From an uncultured archaeon (GTDB lineage Archaea > Thermoproteota > Nitrososphaeria > Nitrososphaerales > Gagatemarchaeaceae): a stretch of DNA of 64,000 nucleotides. A model generated the notes under the pieces. That model searched no databases. It had not been told where the DNA came from and saw only the letters and a list, made by a program, of their open reading frames with translations. The DNA lies in the NCBI GenBank assembly GCA_963817525.1, contig CAWFOU010000001.1:800001-864000 (forward strand). The letters run 5' to 3'. The position numbers and the translations under genes are program-made. Positions 1-9,036 of this stretch are shown piece by piece. Position 1 is the stretch's first letter; the number at the start of each line of letters is the position of its first letter.

Positions 1-507
1 ACGGGGCCCGGGTCCCGCCGTCCCGGCGAGGAGCGCAGGCCTCCAGGCCTCGAGCCGCTCGACCGGCACCCCCATTCCGACCGCCCCCGTCCGTATGAGG
101 TCGGAGACCCCCAGAGGGTCGCTGACCTGTCGTATCTCGAGCCCCTCGGGGGCAGCGTGGCGGCCGTCCGGGATCGGGTCGAGGAACATCCCCGGCACGG
201 CGTCCCTTTCTGTCAGGCCCGCCTTCTCTATTACGGGCTGCAGCTCGTCCAGGGTCTCGGGAAGGGTCACGATGCGGAAGTCAGTGCGCGTCCGAACGAA
301 GAGCCGGTCGATCCCTTCCTGGACCTCCCGGAGCGAGGTCGGATGGTTGAGCCCGAACACCACGTTGAGCCTCGGCCCCGGTGTGCCTGAGCGCACCGCC
401 GTCAGTCCACCTATGGTCTCGACCGAGCCGCCCGGGACGATCCGCGCCAGGAACTCGGACCTCCCGACCAGGTTCTGATGGCACGCCTCGGCGAGGGACA
501 CGGACAA
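1..507 (-). CDS. GNAT-family acetyltransferase, N-terminal part (runs off window)
   Basis: Not in ORF track. My translation from TTG at 507 is open to base 1: MSVSLAEACHQNLVGRSEFLARIVPGGSVETIGGLTAVRSGTPGPRLNVVFG...PGMFLDPIP...PEGLEIRQVSD, resembling N-terminal halves of two-domain GNAT proteins. The acetyl-CoA motif would lie outside the window. Confidence 0.55.
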   Translation of the reverse strand, partial: MSVSLAEACHQNLVGRSEFLARIVPGGSVETIGGLTAVRSGTPGPRLNVVFGLNHPTSLREVQEGIDRLFVRTRTDFRIVTLPETLDELQPVIEKAGLTERDAVPGMFLDPIPDGRHAAPEGLEIRQVSDPLGVSDLIRTGAVGMGVPVERLEAWRPALLAGTAGPGPR

Positions 508-593
508 TCGACAGAGCACCCCGAATTTAAGAGCAGGGTAGGGTTCGTCGCCCCCCAGCTAGCCTTAATAATTTCAACCACCGCGTAGAGCCA

Positions 594-1646
594 GTGAAAA
601 GGCCCAGGCGCGCTCTCCTCTTGGGGCTATCGATCGTCGCGATGGTAGCCTTGGCTCCGTACTTTCTGACCCTCGCCCACGCCACCCCCCAGGGCATCCC
701 TCCCTCGTTGGAGATTGCGGTGGGCTATGGGGACACGGAGAGGGGGGTGGGCGCGTACCACGTCGACTTCCCCAGCCCGTGGTGCGGCACCCCCGGCGTC
801 CAGTTCATAGGGTCGTCGACGAACTACAACGGCAACTCGACCAGCGAGAGCAACTGCGTCGCGGGCGACTGGGACGGTGGCGCGATCCTGGTCACGAACG
901 CAGGGTCGGCCCCGGTAACCTTGACCAATCTCACCGTCGTGCTCTCTTTGCCCGCCTCAGGGAGCGCGGGCAAGCCGAGCTGCTCGCAACCCCCCAGGCC
1001 GATAACCTTCCACCTCTGGTTCGGGCAGCAGTACTACTTCGGCAACGCGTCTGACCCCGCGTATGCAGGCGGCCCCATCGCCCTCCCTCCGGGAGGGCAG
1101 GCCATTTTCGCGGGGACGAGCTCCGACGGCGCTTACGTCTGCCCCAGTGGCAACTACCCGGAGGGCCCGGTCAATGGGACATACGATTTCGACACTAGCG
1201 ACTCCAACTTCCTGTCCGGCTGTACCCCCACCAACGACACAGCCTCCGACCCCAGGATTACCTTCACGGCGGCCGGGTACGCGCCCACCACCTACGTAGA
1301 CGAAGGCCACGTAATCGACACCGGCGGGATAGACCCCGGGATGTGCAGCTCCACCCCGGCGAACCCAGAGTGGCCGAACGAGTCGCTAGGCTGGAGGCTC
1401 GTCAACAGCACCTGCGGGGAAGGCTGCGCGGAGAACCAGTTCGAGGCGTCTGCTCAGACCGTCTCTTCGCAGCACTCGACTAGCGTCTCCGCGACTTCGC
1501 AGCACTCGACTAGCGTCGCAGCGACTTTCACTTCAACTTCTTCTGCGGGGGGAACCGCGGCCATCTACGCGCTTGCGGGGGTGGCGGTGGTCGTGGTCGC
1601 TGCCGCCGGACTCTTGGCGCTCAGAAGGCGCAAGACAGTCCCCTAA
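594..1646 (+). CDS. Secreted, C-terminally membrane-anchored Cys-containing surface protein
   Basis: Signal peptide, 8 Cys, Ser/Thr linker with duplicated SQHSTSV, C-terminal TM helix plus RRRK; TTAATA about 25 nt upstream. Confidence 0.85.
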   Translation: MKRPRRALLLGLSIVAMVALAPYFLTLAHATPQGIPPSLEIAVGYGDTERGVGAYHVDFPSPWCGTPGVQFIGSSTNYNGNSTSESNCVAGDWDGGAILVTNAGSAPVTLTNLTVVLSLPASGSAGKPSCSQPPRPITFHLWFGQQYYFGNASDPAYAGGPIALPPGGQAIFAGTSSDGAYVCPSGNYPEGPVNGTYDFDTSDSNFLSGCTPTNDTASDPRITFTAAGYAPTTYVDEGHVIDTGGIDPGMCSSTPANPEWPNESLGWRLVNSTCGEGCAENQFEASAQTVSSQHSTSVSATSQHSTSVAATFTSTSSAGGTAAIYALAGVAVVVVAAAGLLALRRRKTVP

Positions 1647-1713
1647 TCATTCGGCCAGCCCGACATTCGCGACACACATTTAATATCAAAAATCTTGGCG
1701 AGGGTGACAAAGA

Positions 1714-2229
1714 TTGGCCGACGCACCGCGGGGCATGGTCAGCACGACAGCAGTGGCGGCGATTGTCGTTGCGATGATCGTGGTGGTCGTAACCGTAGGC
1801 GCCTTCTTCGAGTCTCAGGGGCCTCCGGTGACCTCTCTCACGACCGCGCGGCCCCCGAGCGAGGCCCAAGCATGCGTCTTCTCCAGCCCCCCGGCGCTCC
1901 AGGCATCCACCGCCCTGACTGTGAGCTTCTCGGGATGCCTAGCGCCTGGGGCATCCGGGACGTACCTGATAGCAGCGACTGGGCCGGACCAGTTGAACAT
2001 GACCGGGGCCATCACGGGGAGGCTCCCCTTCCGCGTCACGATTGCGGGCGCGGCCATCGGGAACCTCTCAGCGACCGCCGGGACGGTCTACGCCGCCAAC
2101 GACGCGGCCTCGGTCAGCCTGCCCGGGGTCGTCCTGATGCCGGCGAGCGGATACGCGATCACCGTGACGAACCAAGGAGGCCAGAACTCCACGGTGACAA
2201 TGGACCTACAGCTATCGCCCCTTTCCTGA
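1714..2229 (+). CDS. Membrane-anchored protein with class III-like signal peptide; paralogue of 2780-3403
   Basis: RG|MVSTTAVAAIVVAMIVVVV N-terminus; beta-rich domain aligns by eye to 2780-3403. Confidence 0.8.
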   Translation: MADAPRGMVSTTAVAAIVVAMIVVVVTVGAFFESQGPPVTSLTTARPPSEAQACVFSSPPALQASTALTVSFSGCLAPGASGTYLIAATGPDQLNMTGAITGRLPFRVTIAGAAIGNLSATAGTVYAANDAASVSLPGVVLMPASGYAITVTNQGGQNSTVTMDLQLSPLS

Positions 2230-2288
2230 GGCCGAAGGGGAACCCGGGTCTGATTAGAAACTATATACCGGTGATTTCGAGTCTCCTC

Positions 2289-2513
2289 ATGGGACTGAAA
2301 CTCGTCATTCAGGACGACAACGGGAAGGTGCTGGGGATGGTGGACGCGACCTCGCGCGGGAAGACCAAGCCTTTCAGCTCCGGCTCTGCGGGGTACTATG
2401 TAAACGGCAAGATGTCGCTCCCCTCCGTCATCGACGGGGAGACGAGGACGCACCAGATCAGCTGCAGCCTGGTAGAGATCGGGACGAAGGGCAAGTACGA
2501 GCAGGCAAAGTAG
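2289..2513 (+). CDS. Small hypothetical protein (74 aa, FSSGSxGYYxNGK motif)
   Basis: ATG 2289 about 25 nt after TATATA box; C-terminal part of track ORF 1695..2513. Confidence 0.8.
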   Translation: MGLKLVIQDDNGKVLGMVDATSRGKTKPFSSGSAGYYVNGKMSLPSVIDGETRTHQISCSLVEIGTKGKYEQAK

Positions 2514-2599
2514 GCGTCCGCCAGCTCTTCGGCTCTTTCAAGGGCTCTGCAAGGAGGCGCCGCTCTGCCTCGGTCGCCACGGGGCTCTACCCCTTCAGC

Positions 2600-2689
2600 G
2601 TGGTGGATACGTTCGCTGTCGCTGCGGGCACCGCCATCGCCGCGCTTTTCGCCGCATACTTCGCGCTCAGACGGGGGGCCTTTCGCTGA
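2600..2689 (+). CDS. Possible 29-aa single-TM peptide or anchor remnant
   Basis: GTG...TGA encodes MVDTFAVAAGTAIAALFAAYFALRRGAFR: hydrophobic helix with basic tail, like neighbouring anchors. Confidence 0.3.
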   Translation: MVDTFAVAAGTAIAALFAAYFALRRGAFR

Positions 2690-2779
2690 ACCCTACCCCG
2701 ACCTCGCCTTGTTCCCGCTTTGCCTTGTCCCGGAGGCTTTGGGACGTCTTAAATACGGACGCCCTCATAATGGCGTCTG

Positions 2780-3403
2780 ATGCAGACGAGTGATAGGTCC
2801 GGGATGGGCAGGGCGGTCGCGGCTGTTGCCGTCATCGTGGTCATCGTGGTAGCCGGCGGCTTGGGCTTCGCCCTGACCTCCAAGGGGACGCACTCGACGA
2901 CTTCCTCCTCTTCGACGACGTCGAGCACCACGACGTCCTCCACGACCACTTCCCAGACTTCAAGCTCGGCGGTCACGAACACGACGAGCGTGACCTCGTC
3001 GACTACGACGTCTTCTACCTCGACAGGATGCACCTTCGCCCAGGCGGCGCCGGAGATAGCGGCGAACTCGACGGCGAACTACTACACAGGATGCCTCACC
3101 GCGGGAGCGACGGGCGTCTACCTGCTGGCCATCTCCGACCCTCACGGGATAGTGGTGCAGGGAGTAATCAAGAGCCAGTACCCGATGGAGGTCACCTTCG
3201 CAGGGACTCCTGTCGACAACCTGTCCGCGGCCGCGAAGGGAGCCCAGGGGCTCACGGCGAACGACACGACTGTAGTCCCGATGACCGACATCTCCCTCAT
3301 AGGCTCCAGCGGATACTCGATCACGTTCGTGAACGAGTCCAACCAGAACAACACGATCATAGTCAATCTGACGCTCATCGACTTTGACTCGTTCGAAGGC
3401 TAA
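2780..3403 (+). CDS. Membrane-anchored protein with class III-like signal peptide and Ser/Thr linker; paralogue of 1714-2229
   Basis: RSG|MGRAVAAVAVIVVIVVAGG, Ser/Thr stalk, two-Cys beta domain; TTAAATA at about 2749. Confidence 0.85.
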   Translation: MQTSDRSGMGRAVAAVAVIVVIVVAGGLGFALTSKGTHSTTSSSSTTSSTTTSSTTTSQTSSSAVTNTTSVTSSTTTSSTSTGCTFAQAAPEIAANSTANYYTGCLTAGATGVYLLAISDPHGIVVQGVIKSQYPMEVTFAGTPVDNLSAAAKGAQGLTANDTTVVPMTDISLIGSSGYSITFVNESNQNNTIIVNLTLIDFDSFEG

Positions 3404-3496
3404 CATCCGTCACGAGAGAAAAGTCGCCCGCGCCCCGCGAGGCAGCCGGACCGGCGTTGCTATGTTGCAGATACCCGGGCGTTTCGAGCGTCCGTA

Positions 3497-4192
3497 CTAG
3501 GGCCCTTTCGGGCCGCCCCTACCTCGGGCCAGAAGGACCAACAATATCACCACGACTATCAGGGGGATGCCTACTCCCACGGCGAAGAGCGAGGAGGAGA
3601 CCCCTGCGCTGGAGTTGACCGTCTGAGTGGTGGTTGAAACGGAAGTGCTCACTGTGACGGTCTGGCCTCCCGAGAGCGGAAGACCCAGCATGTACACTAT
3701 GATGCTGCCCGTCAGCTTTAGCGGGACGTTGAGCGTCCCGTTGTAGTAGGAGACGAAGGCCACGAGGTTGGCGGTAAAGTTGGCCTGGGTGTAGTTGCTC
3801 GGGATCTCCATTGCGATTGTGTTCACTATGAGCTGCCCGGCTGTCAGGGTGATGGGAGGAGAAAGGCCTATCGCGAAGTTGGGGTTGGAATTGGAGGGCG
3901 GGAGCTGTGGGGAGCTGACCGTCTCGTTGAACAGCGTGAGGTTCCCCGCGGGCGGCTTGTCGGAGTTGACCACGGTGATGTCGAATATCTCGTTGCCCCC
4001 AGGGTAGTTCCCCTGCGGGGCCGCGTTCAAGGTGGCCCAGACGGGCTCCACCGCCTGGGAGTAAGGAACCGCGAGACACTCACCGGCCCCTTGACCGCAC
4101 GCCGCGCGCGCGGGGGCCGCCGCTAGGAAGGAAAGTACCAAGAGCGTGAGCACGCCCGCTGTGACAAGCTTCGGAAGACGGTTCTGCATCAC
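3497..4192 (-). CDS. Secreted, C-terminally anchored surface protein
   Basis: Signal peptide ending ARA-A, Asn-rich beta domain, Thr linker, C-terminal TM plus RGRGG. Confidence 0.85.
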   Translation of the reverse strand: MMQNRLPKLVTAGVLTLLVLSFLAAAPARAACGQGAGECLAVPYSQAVEPVWATLNAAPQGNYPGGNEIFDITVVNSDKPPAGNLTLFNETVSSPQLPPSNSNPNFAIGLSPPITLTAGQLIVNTIAMEIPSNYTQANFTANLVAFVSYYNGTLNVPLKLTGSIIVYMLGLPLSGGQTVTVSTSVSTTTQTVNSSAGVSSSLFAVGVGIPLIVVVILLVLLARGRGGPKGP

Positions 4193-4269
4193 GAGAGCGA
4201 GGCGAGGGGACGATATAACATCTGTGGTGGCGCTAGACCGTGGCCGGGGTCCCGAGGCGGCGCGGGGTG

Positions 4270-5139
4270 CTAGTCATCGGAGTTCCGATGGGAGATCCCG
4301 AGCGCCTCCCAATACGTGGCGGGCGTTCCTATGTCTATCCACGACTCGTCGGTCCTCAGCTCGACGCCGGTGACCTTCTTGCCTTCCTTGAGCAGCGTCG
4401 AGATGCCGTCGGTCAGCTGAAGCTCTCCCCCTATCCCGGGGCCTGCCTCCTCGATGGCGTCGAAGATGGAATGCCTGAAGAGGTAAACCGGAGTGACAGC
4501 CAGGTTCGACTTTGGGACCTTGGGCTTCTCCACTATCTCGTCGACCGCGACGAGGCCCCGGGAGCTCTTGCCGGTGGCGACCCCGTACATCCGGGGGTCG
4601 GGGACCTTCCTGAGCGCCAGGGAGCACTCGGCGCCCTCCTCGAAGGAGGAGAGCAGTCGCCTGAGGTGGCCAAAATCGGAGCAGTACACGTAAGCGTCCC
4701 CCGCGTGAACCAGGAACGGGTCGTCCCCCGCGAAGACCTTCGCCTGGAGGACCGCGTGGCCGAACCCCAGGGGGACGGGCTGGTTAACCCACATTATGCT
4801 CGCCTCGTCGACGCGCCTGTAGAACCTCTCGAGGGCCGATGCCATCGAGGCCTTGGCCGCAGAGCTCTCCTTCTTGGTGAGCCGGCTGAGGTAGTCGCCG
4901 TCCGGCGTGAAGTGGTCCTCTATGGCCCTCTTTCCGCGTCCCACCACGAAGCAGAACTCCCTTATCCCAAAGTCGAAGAGCTGCTCGAAGACCAGCTGGA
5001 CCAGGGGCTTTATGCAGAGCTCGCCGCCCTCGTTGGCGAAGACTGGGAGCATCTCCTTCGGCTGCACCTTTGTCGCCGTCAGGAGCCGCGTCCCGAGCCC
5101 GGCGACAGGGATGACCGCCTTGATCTCCTTGGGCTCCAT
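4270..5139 (-). CDS. galU: UTP--glucose-1-phosphate uridylyltransferase / sugar-phosphate nucleotidyltransferase
   Basis: KAVIPVAGLGTRLLTATKVQPKEMLPV, PLGFGHAV, IVEKP, GELQLTD, WIDIG. Confidence 0.85.
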   Translation of the reverse strand: MEPKEIKAVIPVAGLGTRLLTATKVQPKEMLPVFANEGGELCIKPLVQLVFEQLFDFGIREFCFVVGRGKRAIEDHFTPDGDYLSRLTKKESSAAKASMASALERFYRRVDEASIMWVNQPVPLGFGHAVLQAKVFAGDDPFLVHAGDAYVYCSDFGHLRRLLSSFEEGAECSLALRKVPDPRMYGVATGKSSRGLVAVDEIVEKPKVPKSNLAVTPVYLFRHSIFDAIEEAGPGIGGELQLTDGISTLLKEGKKVTGVELRTDESWIDIGTPATYWEALGISHRNSDD

Positions 5140-5144
5140 GCGCG

Positions 5145-6389
5145 TCAGGCCCTGCCCTTCACCGTCGGGGCGTCCTCCTGAGGTTCGACCGCCAAGGCAC
5201 GAGTGTTGGAGTCGAAGATCATCGTCGCAGCCTGTCCAAGCGTCCTCTCGGCAAGGGCGGGAAAGTCGTACCGGCGGGAAGCCTCGAGCACCGCCTCGAC
5301 GTTCATGCGCGTCCTCGGGTGCCTGCTCACGATGGAGCAGCAGTCCTTGTACTGGGCTATCGAGTCCTCGTACGTCCCGATGGCCTCGGCCAGCTTCACG
5401 ATCTCGGACTTGTCGTAGCCCACGACGGGCCTCAGGGTGGGCATCGAGGCGCCCGCGTCGATGCAGGCGAGGTTGTAGAGCGTCTGCGAGGCGACCTGGC
5501 CGAGGTTGTCCCCCGTAGAGGTGGCGATCGCCCCCAGACGGCGCGCGACCTTCTCTGCCACTATCCTCATGAAGTGCCTAAAGACCACCGGCTCGTAGTC
5601 CGGCCGCAGGTCGCTTGTGGCGACCTGGTAGTCGGTGAAGGGGACGAGGACCATCTTCCCGCCCCCGATGCCGAACCTGGCCAGGCTCTTCAGGAGGCTC
5701 CCCATCTTCGTCTCGAGGATGTCAACGGGGCTGGGGGCGACGTAGAAATGGACGTAGGTGAGGTCGCACCCGCGCTTCATCATGAGCCAGGCCGCCACCG
5801 GCGAGTCGATCCCTCCGGAGAGAAGGTGTACGACCTTCCCCGTCACCCCGACTGGCAGCCCTCCCGGCCCCCGCTCCTTCGAGGTGTGCAGGAGGACCCG
5901 GTCGGAGAGGATATCGACGAAGAGGGTGGCCTGCGGGTGCGAGAGGTCGACGGCCAGCCCCGTGTCCTTCATGACGTCGTCGCCGAGCTTCACCGCCATC
6001 TGCTGGGAGGAGAGCTCGTAGCTCTTGTTGGCCCTCTTGGCGGTGACCCTGAACGTGCCGGCGTTGGACTCGTCCCTCTGGAGCGCCATCTCGGCGGAAG
6101 CCGCCCTCCTCACGCTCTGGTAGTCTAGCGGGCATTCCAAGACCCTCGCCAGCCAAGCCACACCGAAGACGCCCTTCAGTACGGAGGCGGCGTCGTTCAG
6201 GGCCTCGGGGTCGCCCGGTTTCGAGACGACGAACCTCTGGTCGACAAGGTCCACATTGAACTTCCCGAGCGGCTCGAGCTTCTCGAGGAGGTTCCTCTCA
6301 AGGTGGTGCTCGAAGTAGGACCGGTTGTTTCCCTTGGTCCCTATCTCCGCGTAGTGGACCACGAGCGACGTGCGAGGGAGGGCGGCCAA
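5145..6389 (-). CDS. thiI: tRNA 4-thiouridine synthase ThiI (THUMP plus PP-loop, no rhodanese domain)
   Basis: HYAEIGTKGNNR, GPGGLPVG, LLSGGIDSPVA, TGDNLGQVASQT, DCC. Confidence 0.93.
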   Translation of the reverse strand: MAALPRTSLVVHYAEIGTKGNNRSYFEHHLERNLLEKLEPLGKFNVDLVDQRFVVSKPGDPEALNDAASVLKGVFGVAWLARVLECPLDYQSVRRAASAEMALQRDESNAGTFRVTAKRANKSYELSSQQMAVKLGDDVMKDTGLAVDLSHPQATLFVDILSDRVLLHTSKERGPGGLPVGVTGKVVHLLSGGIDSPVAAWLMMKRGCDLTYVHFYVAPSPVDILETKMGSLLKSLARFGIGGGKMVLVPFTDYQVATSDLRPDYEPVVFRHFMRIVAEKVARRLGAIATSTGDNLGQVASQTLYNLACIDAGASMPTLRPVVGYDKSEIVKLAEAIGTYEDSIAQYKDCCSIVSRHPRTRMNVEAVLEASRRYDFPALAERTLGQAATMIFDSNTRALAVEPQEDAPTVKGRA

Positions 6390-6484
6390 ACTCTGGCCAG
6401 TGCTCCCCTCAGCTGGATATAAAGGCGGGGACGCGCACGCGGAAACGACCTTGAAAATGCTTTTTCAAGGCGTGGGACCGGCGC

Positions 6485-9031
6485 TTGGCGTCCATGCCAG
6501 CTTCGAGAGGGTCTTTTCACATCCCGGGGGCTACGCGGCACCTTCCCCCGGACAAGGAGTTCCATGCTGAGCACATAGCGATACAGCTGAAGGTCGACCT
6601 AGAAAAGAAGCAGGTCGGCGGGTCGTGCAGGACCCGGCTCGTCCCCCTCAGGGAGGGGATAGGCGCCCTGCACCTCGACGCCCGAGACATGCGCATCACC
6701 GGGGTGACCCTCGACGGGGTGAGGGTCCCGTACGAGCACGACGGCCGTTCGCTGACGGTCTCCCCTCCAGGTCCCTTGGCCATCGCGGCCCACGAGCTCC
6801 GGGTCGACTACTCCGCGGAGCCGAAGCAGGGCGTATACTTCGTGTCCCCGGACGAGAAATTCCCCGACAAGCCGGTCCAGGCCTGGTCGCAGGGCGAGCC
6901 GGAGTTTTCGAGGTACTGGTACCCGTGCCGGGACCATCCCAACGACAAGGCGACCTCGGAGACGACGGTCACGGTCCCCGCGGGATACGCGGTCATCTCC
7001 AACGGAAGGCTGGTCTCGAAGAGCGAGGAGGGAGCCTGGACGACCTTCCACTGGAAGGAGGAGGTCCCCCACTCAGGATACCTGAACTCCTTCGTCGTCG
7101 GCAAGTTCGGGTTGATAGAGGACGAGGCAGAGGGGATCCCGCTTCAGTACTACTTCCCCGAGTCGAAGCGGGGCGACGCCCTCCGGCTCTTCGGGCTCAC
7201 ACCGGACATGCTCAGGGTCTTCGAGTCCCTCACCCGCATGAAGTATCCCTATGAGAAGTACGCGCAGGTGGCGGTCCACGACTTTTTGATCGGGGGAATG
7301 GAGAACGTGAGCGCCACCACCCTGACGGACACGAGGTTCCCCGACGAGAGGTCAGAGGAGGACTACGCAGCCAGGTACTCAAGGCCAGACAGGAGCCACA
7401 TAGAGCTGGTCGCGCACGAGCTCGCCCACATGTGGTTCGGGGACCTGGTGACCGCGAAGCACTGGTCGCACCTGTGGCTCAACGAGGGCTTCGCCACCTA
7501 CTTCCAGGCGCTCTACACGAAGGAGAAGTACGGCGAGGACGAGTTCAGGCACGACATGCTCTCAAAGGCGGACTCCTACTTCGAGGAGGACGAGTCGATG
7601 TACCGGAGGGCGATAGTGGACGACGTCTACGTGTACTCGGACGACGTCTTCGACTCGTACGCGTACGAGAAGGCGGCGTGGATGATCCACCAGGTGAGGT
7701 ACATACTCGGCGACGAGATGTTCTTCGACGCCACGGCCGAATACCTGAAGCGGTTCGCGAGGTCGAACGCCGACACGCACGACTATCGCAACGTGCTGGA
7801 GGAGAAGAGCGGGCTCTCTCTCGAGGGTTATTTCGAGCAGGCGTTCTTCAAGGGCGGGCACCCCGAGTTCGAGGTAGGGTTCTCCTGGGACGAGGGGACG
7901 CACACCGCCCAGGTGTCCGTCAAGCAGACCCAGCAGACGGACGACCTCACGCCGATATTCTCCCTTCCCTGCGAGATAGCGTTCTACGTCCCCGGGGCCA
8001 CGGGCGCGGCCAAGAACGGCGGGAGGCACGTCAAGAGGGTCAACCTTGGCGCCAAGGAGGAGAGGTTCTACTTCGAGCTGCCCTGGAAGCCGATGATTGT
8101 CGAGTTCGACCCCGAGGAGCGGCTCCTCAAGAAGATAAAGTTCGACAAGCCCGTCTCGATGCTGCTAAGCCAGCTCGACGTCAGCGTCGACGCCTCCAGC
8201 AGGAGGAGGGCGGCGGAAGGGCTCGCCTCGTTCAGGGGAGCCCCCGAGGTGGTCGAGGCCCTCGAGAGGGCGGTCAGGAGGGAAGACCAGCACCACTCGG
8301 TCAGGTCAGAGGCGGCGAGGTCGCTCGGCAAGATCGGCACAAAGGACGCCCTGGAGGCGCTCCTGGGGCTGACCGGCCTGAGGGACAGGAGGGTCAGGCG
8401 CGCAGTGGTCGCGGCCCTAGGGGAGTTCAAGGACGAGAGGGTGGCGAAGCCCCTCGCGGCGGCCCTCAAGGGAGACGAGAGCCCGTACGTCCAGTGCCAG
8501 GCCGCCATCTCATACGGGAAGGCCAAGCTCCCCGACGCGTTCGGGGTGATCGTGTCCGCGGTGGGGACGCCCTCCCCAGAGGACGCCATCACCGAGGCCT
8601 GCCTTGAGGCGCTCGGGTATGTCAAGGACCCTAGGACGAGGGGATTCCTCAGGGAGCACCTGCCCTACGGGCGGCCGACCCGGGTCCGAGTGGGCGCCCT
8701 GAAGGGGCTCTCGCGCCTAGGCTGGCTCGAGGAGGAGGACGTGGGGACCATGAGGGATATCATCGTCGAGGACAAGGAATACACGATCAGGACGCAGGCC
8801 CTCGAGGCCGTCTCGGAGCTGCTCGACAGAAGGCTGCTCCCCGCGGTAAGGGAGGCCGCCCAGAAGGACGAGGACCCCCGCGCGAGGAGGAGGGCGATGG
8901 AAGTGGCGCTGAGGCTGGAGAACGCGTCGTCGGTGGAGAGGGCGCTCAGCGACGTCAAGGACGACCTCGAGCGGGCGAAGAGCGAGAGCAGGGAGCTCCG
9001 CGAGAGGTTCTCCGGCATGAAGCTCTCGTAG
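6485..9031 (+). CDS. pepN: M1 aminopeptidase N with C-terminal HEAT repeats
   Basis: GGMEN, HELAH-x18-E (WLNEGFATY), AYEKAA; HEAT repeats and coiled-coil tail. Confidence 0.92.
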   Translation: MASMPASRGSFHIPGATRHLPPDKEFHAEHIAIQLKVDLEKKQVGGSCRTRLVPLREGIGALHLDARDMRITGVTLDGVRVPYEHDGRSLTVSPPGPLAIAAHELRVDYSAEPKQGVYFVSPDEKFPDKPVQAWSQGEPEFSRYWYPCRDHPNDKATSETTVTVPAGYAVISNGRLVSKSEEGAWTTFHWKEEVPHSGYLNSFVVGKFGLIEDEAEGIPLQYYFPESKRGDALRLFGLTPDMLRVFESLTRMKYPYEKYAQVAVHDFLIGGMENVSATTLTDTRFPDERSEEDYAARYSRPDRSHIELVAHELAHMWFGDLVTAKHWSHLWLNEGFATYFQALYTKEKYGEDEFRHDMLSKADSYFEEDESMYRRAIVDDVYVYSDDVFDSYAYEKAAWMIHQVRYILGDEMFFDATAEYLKRFARSNADTHDYRNVLEEKSGLSLEGYFEQAFFKGGHPEFEVGFSWDEGTHTAQVSVKQTQQTDDLTPIFSLPCEIAFYVPGATGAAKNGGRHVKRVNLGAKEERFYFELPWKPMIVEFDPEERLLKKIKFDKPVSMLLSQLDVSVDASSRRRAAEGLASFRGAPEVVEALERAVRREDQHHSVRSEAARSLGKIGTKDALEALLGLTGLRDRRVRRAVVAALGEFKDERVAKPLAAALKGDESPYVQCQAAISYGKAKLPDAFGVIVSAVGTPSPEDAITEACLEALGYVKDPRTRGFLREHLPYGRPTRVRVGALKGLSRLGWLEEEDVGTMRDIIVEDKEYTIRTQALEAVSELLDRRLLPAVREAAQKDEDPRARRRAMEVALRLENASSVERALSDVKDDLERAKSESRELRERFSGMKLS

Positions 9032-9036
9032 GGCGG

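Noticed and set aside
1695-2288. N-terminal 198 aa of the 272-aa track ORF
   Set aside because: Overlaps the real gene 1714-2229 in another frame; only 2289-2513 looks coding.
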